From the NCBI GenBank assembly GCA_003221005.1, contig QHTZ01000074.1, positions 14,864 to 78,863 of the forward strand: a stretch of DNA of 64,000 nucleotides, in the 5' to 3' direction. Within the stretch, counting starts at the first letter, position 1, and each line of letters begins with the position of its first letter. The notes beneath the pieces were generated by a model. That model made no database searches, was not told where the DNA came from, and worked only from the letters and a program-made list of their open reading frames with translations. This document shows, one piece after another, positions 16,598 to 30,066 of this stretch. The translations under genes were made by a program, and so were the position numbers. Origin of the DNA: Gemmatimonadota bacterium (GTDB lineage: Bacteria > Gemmatimonadota > Gemmatimonadetes > Gemmatimonadales > GWC2-71-9).

Positions 16598-17399
16598 GCA
16601 TCTCGTCGATCAGGCCCGCGAGCGCTTTCAGCTCCAGGACTACTACGGCGCGATCCATCTTCTGGAAGAAGTGCTGGCGACCGGCCGGGCATTCGCCGAC
16701 GCGCATCACCTGCTGGGACTCTCGTACTCGCTCGTGGGCCAGCCGGACAACGCGCTCGCCCAGTTCGATCGCGCGCTCCAGCTGAACCCGCGCTACGTCG
16801 AGGCGCTGATTCACCGCGCCATCGTCCTCAACGAGCTCGGGCGCGAGGACGAAGCCGACGCGATGTTTCGCCGCGCGGCACAGCTCGGCGGGGAGACCCG
16901 CGAGGGCTTCCCCGCCCACGTGGCGGCGAAGCTCGCCAATCAACACGCGGCGTTGGGCGACGCCTACGTCGAGTCGGGCGGCGTCACCCAGGCGATTGCG
17001 CAGTATCGCGAAGCGCTGGAGCTGGGACCCGGGTTCCACGACCTGCGGTATAAGCTGGGGCGGCTGCTGCTGCAGGCGGGGCGGGCGCTCGACGCGCGCG
17101 AGCAATTCGACATCATCGTACGGCATCGTCCCACCTACCTCGACGCTGCGGCGATGCTCGGCCTGGCGTCCTACCTGGCCGGCGATGGCCTCGCCGCCCG
17201 CGCCGTCTGGGAGGAATGCCGCGAGCGACGGCCGGAGGATCCGAGAGTGGAGGCCTATCTGGCGATGCTGTCCCGCAGCGACGTCGCGCCAAGCCCGACG
17301 GGAGCGACCGCGCCGCCCCCCGGCGCTGCCGACCGGGGAGAGGCCGAGGAGGGACGGGGAAGGGGAGGGTCCGGGGGAGGGGGAAGGAAACGGTCGTGA
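16581..17399 (+). CDS. Tetratricopeptide-repeat protein
   Basis: Repeated TPR patterns (HHLLGLSY..AL.LNPRY; YREALELGP); low-complexity C-terminal tail. Confidence 0.8.
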   Translation: MDVSPEHLVDQARERFQLQDYYGAIHLLEEVLATGRAFADAHHLLGLSYSLVGQPDNALAQFDRALQLNPRYVEALIHRAIVLNELGREDEADAMFRRAAQLGGETREGFPAHVAAKLANQHAALGDAYVESGGVTQAIAQYREALELGPGFHDLRYKLGRLLLQAGRALDAREQFDIIVRHRPTYLDAAAMLGLASYLAGDGLAARAVWEECRERRPEDPRVEAYLAMLSRSDVAPSPTGATAPPPGAADRGEAEEGRGRGGSGGGGRKRS

Positions 17400-18313
17400 A
17401 GCGAGGCGCTATCACGCTCCTGGTCCTGGCGATCGGTTGTAGCCGCAGCGCGGCGGACCACGAGGAGCTGGGCGACCGCGAATACGCCAAGGGCTCGTAC
17501 CGCGACGCCCTGGCGGAGTACCAGCTGGGGTTGAAAGCCCATGAGACCGCGGACCTCCACGCGAAAACGGCGGCGGCCGCGCTGCACACGCAGGACTACG
17601 CGCTGGCGGCAGCGGAGTATCGCGAGCTGGCGGACAAGGACCGATCGCGCGCCGGCGAGGCGGCCGTAGGGCTGGAGCGGGTGGTGCGCGCGGCGCTCGC
17701 GGCCAACGAGCGTGCCGCCCTGGTCGCTGCCCTCCGGGCGCTCCAGGTCGTGACCCCCACCCGCCCGCTCGGCAGGTACGCGCGCATCGCGGCGCTGGAC
17801 GCTGCGGACCGCGGGGACACGGCGGGAGCGCTCGGACTGTTGCCCAGCGCGGTGGCGGCCGCGCCAGACGGCCGCAGCGCGGACTCGCTACTGTTCCTGT
17901 ACGGCATGGCTGCGGCGCGCGCCCGGGACTGCGCCACGGCTGTTCCGGTGTTCGAAGGCGTGATCCGCCGCCAGCGGGAGCCGGCGGTGAGCGACGGCGC
18001 GCGGGAGGGGCTGAGCCTGTGCACCTTACTGGAGGGCCAGGCGCGGCTCGAGCACGGGAAGCCGGCTGAGGCGGAGGCCTGGTTCAGACGGGCGACCGCG
18101 CCCGGCGCACCGGCGGATGTAGCGCGGGCGGCGTATCTCGGGCTGGGCGACGTGCGGCTCGCGCAGGGTGACGTCCCGGGCGCGCTCGAGAGCTACCAGC
18201 AGGCGCTCTCGGGCGGGAATCCGGGAGACAGCATCGCGGTGCGCGCGCAGCAGAAGATCAACGCGCTGGGGAAGGCGGATGCGCCCAGTCTCGCTCCGCC
18301 CCAGCAACTGTGA
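17396..18313 (+). CDS. TPR-containing lipoprotein
   Basis: GTG start giving MKRGAITLLVLAIGC (lipobox); TPR-like helices. Confidence 0.72.
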   Translation: MKRGAITLLVLAIGCSRSAADHEELGDREYAKGSYRDALAEYQLGLKAHETADLHAKTAAAALHTQDYALAAAEYRELADKDRSRAGEAAVGLERVVRAALAANERAALVAALRALQVVTPTRPLGRYARIAALDAADRGDTAGALGLLPSAVAAAPDGRSADSLLFLYGMAAARARDCATAVPVFEGVIRRQREPAVSDGAREGLSLCTLLEGQARLEHGKPAEAEAWFRRATAPGAPADVARAAYLGLGDVRLAQGDVPGALESYQQALSGGNPGDSIAVRAQQKINALGKADAPSLAPPQQL

Positions 18314-19083
18314 GGGTTATGCGTGTCTGGTGCCTGATCGGCGGTCTCTGGCTAGCGGCGTGCGCTCACGGGCCGCAGCGCATCGAGACGCGGGTCCAAG
18401 ACCCCAAGGCGGACCTGTCCGAAGCTCTTGCCCTGTTCCGGCGGGGCGATTTCAACCGCGCCCTCATCGGCTTCCGCCGCGTCCAGTTCGAGCTCGCTCC
18501 CACACAGCCGGAGGTGGCCGAAGCCCGGTATTTCATCGCGGAATGCGACTTCCAGCTCGGGGATCGGGCCACGGCGGCGCTCGAGTTCCGCAAGGTGGCA
18601 GACGATTTTCCGGACAGCGAATATGCGCCGCTCGCGCTGTTGCGCGCGGGCGACGCTAACCTGCGTCTGTGGCGCCGGCCCGAGCTCGACCCCGAGCCCG
18701 GGCAGACGGCGCTGGCAACGTATCAGGAGCTCCAGGGGCGCTACCCTGGAACGGATGCGGCGGCCCGCGCACAGCTGCACGTCAGCCAGCTCAACGAGTG
18801 GTTCGCGGAGAAGAACTACAAGAACGGCATGTTCTATTTCCGGCGTCGCGCGTACGACTCCGCGATCATCTACTTCAAGGACGTCATCGCCAACTATCCG
18901 GGCACCCGGCTCGTCCCCGACGCGCTGCTGCGACTAGTGGACAGCTACCGCGCCATCCGCTACATCGAGGAGCTCAAGGAAGCCTGCGCCAACCTGCGGC
19001 AGTATTATCCCAAGACCGACGGGCTCGCTGCGCGCTGCCCCGCCGAGACGGGCAACCCAGCCCGGTCCTCCGGCACGCCGTAA
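18310..19083 (+). CDS. bamD: Outer-membrane protein assembly factor BamD
   Basis: Lipobox LAAC, RPELD, FYFRRRAYDSAIIYFKDVIANYP; the start could instead be ATG at 18319. Confidence 0.85.
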   Translation: MRVMRVWCLIGGLWLAACAHGPQRIETRVQDPKADLSEALALFRRGDFNRALIGFRRVQFELAPTQPEVAEARYFIAECDFQLGDRATAALEFRKVADDFPDSEYAPLALLRAGDANLRLWRRPELDPEPGQTALATYQELQGRYPGTDAAARAQLHVSQLNEWFAEKNYKNGMFYFRRRAYDSAIIYFKDVIANYPGTRLVPDALLRLVDSYRAIRYIEELKEACANLRQYYPKTDGLAARCPAETGNPARSSGTP

Positions 19084-19084
19084 G

Positions 19085-19645
19085 GTGGAGGCGCTGTTCG
19101 GCGGCTCATTCGACCCGGTGCACCTCGGCCATCTGGTCGTGGCGGAGACGCTGGCGGACGTCCTGGGTGTCACGGTGCGATTCCTCCCGGCTCGCGAACA
19201 GCCCTTCAAGCACGCCGCCCACGCGGCGTCGCCCGAGCAACGGGCGGAGATGCTTGCGCTCGCCGTGGCCGGGAACCCGCGGTTCCGCGTGGAGCGGGTC
19301 GAGCTCGAGCTGCCGACGCCCTCCTACACGGTCCGGACGTTGCGGGCCCTGGCGGGGCGCGAGCCAGGAAACCGGTTTGTGTTACTCCTAGGGGCGGATG
19401 CGGCGGGAGACCTGCCCAATTGGTACGAGGTGGAGGCGCTGCCGCACCTGGCCGACGTCGTGGCGTTCGCGCGCCCGGGGTCCGAGCTGCGGGCGCACGG
19501 CCTGATCGGCCGCGTGGTGACGGTGCCCGCGCTCGACATTTCGGCCACCGCGGTGCGAGAGCGCGTGGCCCAGGGCCGGTCGATCCGCTATCTCGTGTCC
19601 GACCCGGTGCGCGAGTACATCGGGGCGCACCGGCTGTACCGGTAG
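19085..19645 (+). CDS. nadD: Nicotinate-nucleotide adenylyltransferase
   Basis: FGGSFDPVHLGH, SYTVRTL, LLGAD, ISATAVR. Confidence 0.93.
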   Translation: MEALFGGSFDPVHLGHLVVAETLADVLGVTVRFLPAREQPFKHAAHAASPEQRAEMLALAVAGNPRFRVERVELELPTPSYTVRTLRALAGREPGNRFVLLLGADAAGDLPNWYEVEALPHLADVVAFARPGSELRAHGLIGRVVTVPALDISATAVRERVAQGRSIRYLVSDPVREYIGAHRLYR

Positions 19646-19665
19646 AGTTTCAGGGGGCGGGAGAG

Positions 19666-22950
<3,285 letters not shown>

Positions 22951-22953
22951 CAG

Positions 22954-23022
22954 TGCGGAATGGGGAATACGGAATGCGGACTTGACGCCCGCCCTTCAGT
23001 TCCGCATTCCGCGTTCCGCATT
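22954..23022. repeat. Inverted pair of heptamer tandem arrays, (TGCGGAA-like)4 ... (TTCCGCA-like)3
   Basis: TGCGGAA TGGGGAA TACGGAA TGCGGAC, 18-nt spacer, then TTCCGCA TTCCGCG TTCCGCA. Confidence 0.9.
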
Positions 23023-23066
23023 GTTCCGGTACCGAAGCCCCGCCGACCTCACTCTACGTTCTCCCT

Positions 23067-23750
23067 ATGGTTCTCCGTCTCTCCGAGCACGCGGAACGCG
23101 ATCGGCCGCGCGAGCGTTTGTGGGCAGTCGGGCCTGGCGCGTTGACTGGGCAGGAGCTCTTGGCCATAGTCTTGGGAACGGGGTGTGCGGGGCGGGATGC
23201 ACTGGCGGTGGCCGGCGAGCTGCTGGGCCGCGGGGAGGGGTCGTTGCGACGCCTCGCGGGGCGCCCGGCGGCGGAGCTAGCGGGTGTGCCTGGAGTGGGG
23301 CGGGGCAAGGCAGCGCGCGTGGCGGCGGCGCTCGAGCTGGGGCGCCGGGTAGGCGCGGAGGTGGAGCCACCTCCTGAGCGGATCCGCACTCCCGCGGACG
23401 TGCACCGCTACTACGCGCCGCGGCTGCGCGATCTCGCGGTCGAGGAATTCCACGTGCTCGCGCTCGGTAGCCAGAGCCAGGTCCGGGGGGACCTGTTGAT
23501 CACGCGGGGGATCCTAAACAGCTCGCTGGTGCATCCGCGGGAGGTGTTCCGCGCCGCCATCGCCGAGGCGGCGGCGGGCATCATCGTCGTCCACAACCAT
23601 CCGAGCGGTGACCCCACACCCTCGGGGGACGACCGGGCGGTGACGCGGCAGCTTGTGGATGCCGGACGGCTGCTCGACCTGCCGGTGCACGACCATGTGA
23701 TCGTTGGAGGCGATCGCTACATGAGTTTTGCGGAGGCCGGTCTCCTGTGA
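23067..23750 (+). CDS. radC: RadC family JAB-domain protein
   Basis: RPRERL, ELLAIVLGTG, VHPREVF, HNHPSGDPTPS, DHVIVG. Confidence 0.93.
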   Translation: MVLRLSEHAERDRPRERLWAVGPGALTGQELLAIVLGTGCAGRDALAVAGELLGRGEGSLRRLAGRPAAELAGVPGVGRGKAARVAAALELGRRVGAEVEPPPERIRTPADVHRYYAPRLRDLAVEEFHVLALGSQSQVRGDLLITRGILNSSLVHPREVFRAAIAEAAAGIIVVHNHPSGDPTPSGDDRAVTRQLVDAGRLLDLPVHDHVIVGGDRYMSFAEAGLL

Positions 23751-25912
23751 CGAGCGCGGTGCCGATCCTGGCGCCGGAGCTGGCCCGAGCCGTGGCCGCG
23801 CAGCGGGAGCGGCTCGACCTGGACCTGCTGGCGCGCGCCTACCAGGTGAGTGCCCAGGCGCACCGCGGCCAGAAGCGCCAGTCGGGGGACGACTTCCTGT
23901 CCCACAGCGTCGCGGTGGCCACGATTCTCGCCGAGCAGCAGATGGACTCGACCACCATCGCCGCCGCCCTGCTGCACGACGTGGTCGAGGACTCGGACGT
24001 GTCGTTGGACCAGATCCGCCAGGATTTCGGCGCCGAAGTGGGCACGCTGGTGGACGGGCTGACCAAGCTGTCCTCGCTCACGTTCCGTTCCAGCGCCGAG
24101 GAGCAGGCGGAGAACTACCGCAAGCTGCTGCTCTCGGTGGCCAAAGACGCCCGCGTCATCATCATCAAGCTCGCGGACCGGTTGCACAACATGCGGACGC
24201 TCGAGCACCTCGACGCGGAGAAGCAGCGCCGCATCGCGCTCGAGACCCGGGAGATCTACGCCCCGCTGGCGCACCGCTTCGGAATGGCAGGCGTGAAGGC
24301 GGAGCTCGAGGACCTCGCGTTCAAGTTTCTGGAGGCGGACGACTATCGCGCGCTCTCCCGCCAGGTGCGGGCCAAGAAGACGGAGCGCGAGCGCACCATC
24401 GAGCGCGTGCGCGCACCGCTCGCGGAGGAGCTGACGCGCGCCGGCCTCACCGGGATCGAGATCACCGGCCGGCCGAAGAACCTGTGGTCGATCTACAAGA
24501 AGATGAAGAAGCGCGCCAAGCCGTTCGAGGAGATCTACGATCTCCTCGCGGTGCGTGTCCTGGTCGGGTCGATCCCGGAGTGCTACCACGTGCTGGGCGC
24601 GATTCACCACAAGTGGACGCCGCTCCAGGAGCGCATCAAGGACTACATCGCAAGCCCCAAGTCGAACGGCTACCAATCGCTGCACACCACGGTGTTCGGG
24701 CCGGGCGGCCAGCTGTACGAGATCCAGATCCGCACCCGGGAGATGCACCGCACGGCGGAGTACGGCATCGCGGCGCACTGGCTGTATCACGAGCGCAAAG
24801 GTCCCGACGAGCTGGATCGCCACCTCGCCTGGTTCCGCCAGCTCATCGAGCTGCAGCAGGATGCGCACACGCCGGAGGAATTCCTCGAGTTCCTGCGGAT
24901 CGACCTGTATCAGGACGAGATCTTCGTCTTTACGCCGCGGGGGGACGTGAAGCGGCTCCCCAAGGGCGCCACGCCGCTCGATTTCGCCTTCACCGTGCAC
25001 ACCGAGGTGGGCCAGCACTGTCAGGGCGCGCGCATCAACGGGCGCATCGCGCCGCTGCACCGGCCGCTCAACAACGGGGATACGGTCGAAATCCTCACGA
25101 GCCCGCAGGCCCGGCCGTCGCGCGACTGGTTGGCCCACGTCCAGACGGCGCGGGCGCGCCACAAGATCCGCCAGTGGGTGAAGCAAGAAGAGCACGAGCG
25201 CAGCCTGGCGCTGGGGTGCGAGATCCTGGAGCGCGAGGTGCAGCGCCGCCGGCTTGAGCCGCCGGATGAGGCGCGGCTGGCGCAGGCGGCGGCGACGCTG
25301 TCGGTGGGGAACGGCGAGCAGCTCCAGGTCGCCCTCGGGCGCGGCGACCTGCCCGTCGGCCAGGTGATGCGCGCCCTGTACCCCAACCTGTCCGCCGACG
25401 AGCTGCAGCCGCCGCGGCCGACGGCGTTCGGCCGCATGATGGAGCGGCTGCGCCTCGGCCGCGGCATCAAGATCCAGGGGGTAGACGGCCTGATGGTCCG
25501 CTACGCCCAGTGTTGTCAGCCGGTGCCGGGCGACGCCGTCGTCGGCTATGTCACCCAGGGCCGCGGCATCTCCATCCACCGCTCCGACTGTCCCAACCTG
25601 CTCGTGCTCTCCACGGAAGCGGAGCGTCGCGTGGAGATCGACTGGCAGGAGTCGGAAGGGGAAACGTTCGTGGTGCGGCTCACCGTGAGCGGCGAAGACC
25701 GGCGGGGCCTCTACGCCGACATCTGCGAGGCGATCAGCGAGTCGGGCACCAACATCCGTTCCGCGGAGCTCGCCAGCCGGGATGGCGCGGTGTTCGGCAC
25801 GCTGCTGGTCGAGGTCGAAAACCAGAACCACCTGAACAAGGTGATCAAGGCGATCCGCCGGCTGAAGGGCGTGACGGACGTGGCGCGGCACGACGCCGGC
25901 GCGCCGGCGTAG
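23747..25912 (+). CDS. rel: Bifunctional (p)ppGpp synthetase/hydrolase (long RSH)
   Basis: ALLHDVVED, KLADRLHNMRT, KSNGYQSLHT, TGS domain VFTPRG, CCQPVPGD, C-terminal ACT domain. Confidence 0.95.
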   Translation: MTSAVPILAPELARAVAAQRERLDLDLLARAYQVSAQAHRGQKRQSGDDFLSHSVAVATILAEQQMDSTTIAAALLHDVVEDSDVSLDQIRQDFGAEVGTLVDGLTKLSSLTFRSSAEEQAENYRKLLLSVAKDARVIIIKLADRLHNMRTLEHLDAEKQRRIALETREIYAPLAHRFGMAGVKAELEDLAFKFLEADDYRALSRQVRAKKTERERTIERVRAPLAEELTRAGLTGIEITGRPKNLWSIYKKMKKRAKPFEEIYDLLAVRVLVGSIPECYHVLGAIHHKWTPLQERIKDYIASPKSNGYQSLHTTVFGPGGQLYEIQIRTREMHRTAEYGIAAHWLYHERKGPDELDRHLAWFRQLIELQQDAHTPEEFLEFLRIDLYQDEIFVFTPRGDVKRLPKGATPLDFAFTVHTEVGQHCQGARINGRIAPLHRPLNNGDTVEILTSPQARPSRDWLAHVQTARARHKIRQWVKQEEHERSLALGCEILEREVQRRRLEPPDEARLAQAAATLSVGNGEQLQVALGRGDLPVGQVMRALYPNLSADELQPPRPTAFGRMMERLRLGRGIKIQGVDGLMVRYAQCCQPVPGDAVVGYVTQGRGISIHRSDCPNLLVLSTEAERRVEIDWQESEGETFVVRLTVSGEDRRGLYADICEAISESGTNIRSAELASRDGAVFGTLLVEVENQNHLNKVIKAIRRLKGVTDVARHDAGAPA

Positions 25913-27937
<2,025 letters not shown>

Positions 27938-28323
27938 GGAGTTGGGGCGCGGCCTGTCCGCCCCCGCCGTGATCGGTCTCTCGGGAGAGCTCGGCACGGG
28001 AAAGACGACTCTGGTGCAGGCGATCTGCCGCGGCCTCGGCGCTCGCGCGTTCGCCACGAGCCCGACGTACGCTCTCGTCCATCACTACGAAACGGCCGAC
28101 CGGCCTGTCTACCATGTGGACTGCTACCGCTTGCGATCTCCCGACGAGGCCCGTGACCTGGGCTTCGACGACATGGTGCGCGAGCGCGCGATCGTGCTGA
28201 TCGAATGGCCCGAGCGCGCGGGAGCGTGGGCGCCGCAGGCAGACCGACGGTTCCGGCTGAGCTACACCGATTCCCCAGACATTCGCGAGCTGGAGGAGAT
28301 CCGGTGACGCATTCGGAGACGGG

Positions 28324-29058
28324 ATGAGCGGGGTCTGGCTCGCCATCGACACCGCCACGGACATCGCTAGCGTGGCGGCAGGGCGGGCGCCCGCTCCCGA
28401 GGCTGGAGCGCACGTCCAGGGCGCGCGGCGTCACGCGGCCGAGATCATCCGGCTGGTCGATTTCACGCTCGGTCGCCTCGGGCTGGCGCCCCGGGACTTG
28501 GAGGGGATCGTCGTGGGGGACGGACCCGGGAGCTTCACCGGGCTGCGGATCGGTTGGGCGGCGGCGAAGGGCCTGGCGCAGGAGGCGGGCCTCGACCTCG
28601 TGGCCATCCCGTCGCTCATGGCAGCGGCAGCCGGCGCGGCGGTCAAGCTCGGTCAAGCGCCAGTCGCCGCGTGGTTCGACGCGTTGCGGGGACAGGTCTA
28701 CGCGGCTGTGTACGTCTTCCACGCCGACCGAGTCGAGACCGTGCTGGCGCCGGCGGTAATGACGCCGGACGAGTTCGCCGACCTCGCGACCCTCCGCCCG
28801 CAAGTAGTCGCCGGCGATGGAGCCGCGCGCTACGCCGACGCGGCGCGCCGCTGGTCCGGCGCCCCTCCGGTGGCGCCGGACGCGCTCGCGCCGGCGGCCA
28901 CGATGCTGCTCTCCCTGCTGGGACGGGAAGGGACCGCTCGCGCGATCGACGATCTCACTACCGCCGAGCCGGTGTATGGGCGGCCCGCGGAGGCTCAGGC
29001 AAGGTGGGAGGCGCGCCACGGACGCTCGCTTCCTGATCCGACCCGCCCGTCTCGCTGA
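28324..29058 (+). CDS. tsaB: t6A biosynthesis protein TsaB
   Basis: LAIDTAT, GPGSFTGLRIG, DALRGQVY. Confidence 0.92.
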   Translation: MSGVWLAIDTATDIASVAAGRAPAPEAGAHVQGARRHAAEIIRLVDFTLGRLGLAPRDLEGIVVGDGPGSFTGLRIGWAAAKGLAQEAGLDLVAIPSLMAAAAGAAVKLGQAPVAAWFDALRGQVYAAVYVFHADRVETVLAPAVMTPDEFADLATLRPQVVAGDGAARYADAARRWSGAPPVAPDALAPAATMLLSLLGREGTARAIDDLTTAEPVYGRPAEAQARWEARHGRSLPDPTRPSR

Positions 29059-29461
29059 CGTCGCGCCGGTCGCGGCGATCGAGCGGGCCAGCTTCTCGGA
29101 TCCCTGGTCGGAGCGCGACTTCCGCGACTGCGTCGCGTCGGGCGTGCCGTTCCTCGTCGCGGTGGAGGATGCGAGTGTGGCGGGGTACGTCATCGCCCGA
29201 CACGCGGTCGACGAGGCGGAGATACAAAATCTCGGAGTTGACCCGGCGCGGCGCCGTCATGGCGCTGGGCGAGTGCTCGTCACGGCCATGCTCGCCACGC
29301 TGCGCGAGCGTGGCGTGGCAGCGGTGTTCCTCGAGGTGCGGGAATCCAACACTGTCGCGCAGCATCTCTACGCCGGGCTGGGCTTCACTCGCGTCGGCCG
29401 ACGACGTCACTACTATCGCTTCCCCACCGAGGACGCAGTGATCCTCCGGGCTCCTATTTGA
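29018..29461 (+). CDS. rimI: Ribosomal-protein-alanine N-acetyltransferase; start uncertain (ACG at 29018 or ATG at 28976)
   Basis: IERASFSDPWS, FLEVRESN, RRHYYRFPTEDA; tsaE-tsaB-rimI gene order. Confidence 0.85.
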   Translation, partial: TDARFLIRPARLADVAPVAAIERASFSDPWSERDFRDCVASGVPFLVAVEDASVAGYVIARHAVDEAEIQNLGVDPARRRHGAGRVLVTAMLATLRERGVAAVFLEVRESNTVAQHLYAGLGFTRVGRRRHYYRFPTEDAVILRAPI

Positions 29462-29508
29462 GCCGGCGCGGGTCGCGCGCGAATTCGGTCCAAGTGGCGT
29501 ATCTTTGA

Positions 29509-29537
29509 TTGACAGAATGACTTGCGAGTCATATACT
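29509..29537 (+). promoter_or_regulatory. Near-consensus sigma70 promoter for ssb, with a palindrome in the spacer
   Basis: TTGACA-17 nt-TATACT; the spacer carries ATGACT-tgcg-AGTCAT. Confidence 0.8.
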
Positions 29538-29583
29538 GTGAGGCACCCTTGGTGCCCCGCCCGCTTTTCGCTGGGAGGTCGCT

Positions 29584-30066
29584 GTGAGCCGTAGCCTGAA
29601 CAAAGTCATGCTGATCGGGAACTTGGGGGCCGACCCGGAGGTGCGCAGCACGAACAATGGATCGCGGGTCGCCACGCTGTCGCTCGCGACCAGTCGGCAA
29701 TGGACGGGGCAGGGTGGGGAGAAGCAGGAAAAGACCGAGTGGCACCGCGTGATCTGCTGGAACAACAAGGGCGCCCAGCTCGCCGATCTCGCCGAGAAGT
29801 ACATGAAGAAGGGGGATCGCATCTACGTCGAGGGGCGGGTCGAGTATCGCACCTGGGAAGATCGCGAGAAGCAGACCCGCTACGTCACCGAGGTCATCGC
29901 CCGGGAAGTGATCTTGCTGTCGTCCCGGGGTGGGGGCGGTGGCGAAGGCGGCGCCGATTACTCGCGCGCCAAGGCGACGGCCAAGGTGACCCCGGAAGGC
30001 AAGGCGGAGTCGCTTGATGCGGTCCCGGAGGCCCTAGATGAGGAGGACGACGATCTGCCGTTTTAA
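29584..30066 (+). CDS. ssb: Single-stranded DNA-binding protein
   Basis: LNKVMLIGNLGADPE, TEWHR, C-terminal DDDLPF; GGAGG SD. Confidence 0.97.
   Translation: MSRSLNKVMLIGNLGADPEVRSTNNGSRVATLSLATSRQWTGQGGEKQEKTEWHRVICWNNKGAQLADLAEKYMKKGDRIYVEGRVEYRTWEDREKQTRYVTEVIAREVILLSSRGGGGGEGGADYSRAKATAKVTPEGKAESLDAVPEALDEEDDDLPF

Noticed and set aside
22954-23022. Possible CRISPR array or MITE
   Set aside because: Units are 7 nt with no unique spacers, no cas or transposase gene is nearby, and no target-site duplication is evident
22960-23145. 61-aa ORF MGNTECG...PHSAFRI (and the similar ORF at 63464-63661)
   Set aside because: Translation of the heptamer repeat, not a credible gene
23067-23750. radC as a marker of a mobile element or anti-defence island
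   Set aside because: Full-length chromosomal form coupled to rel; no integrase or compositional shift
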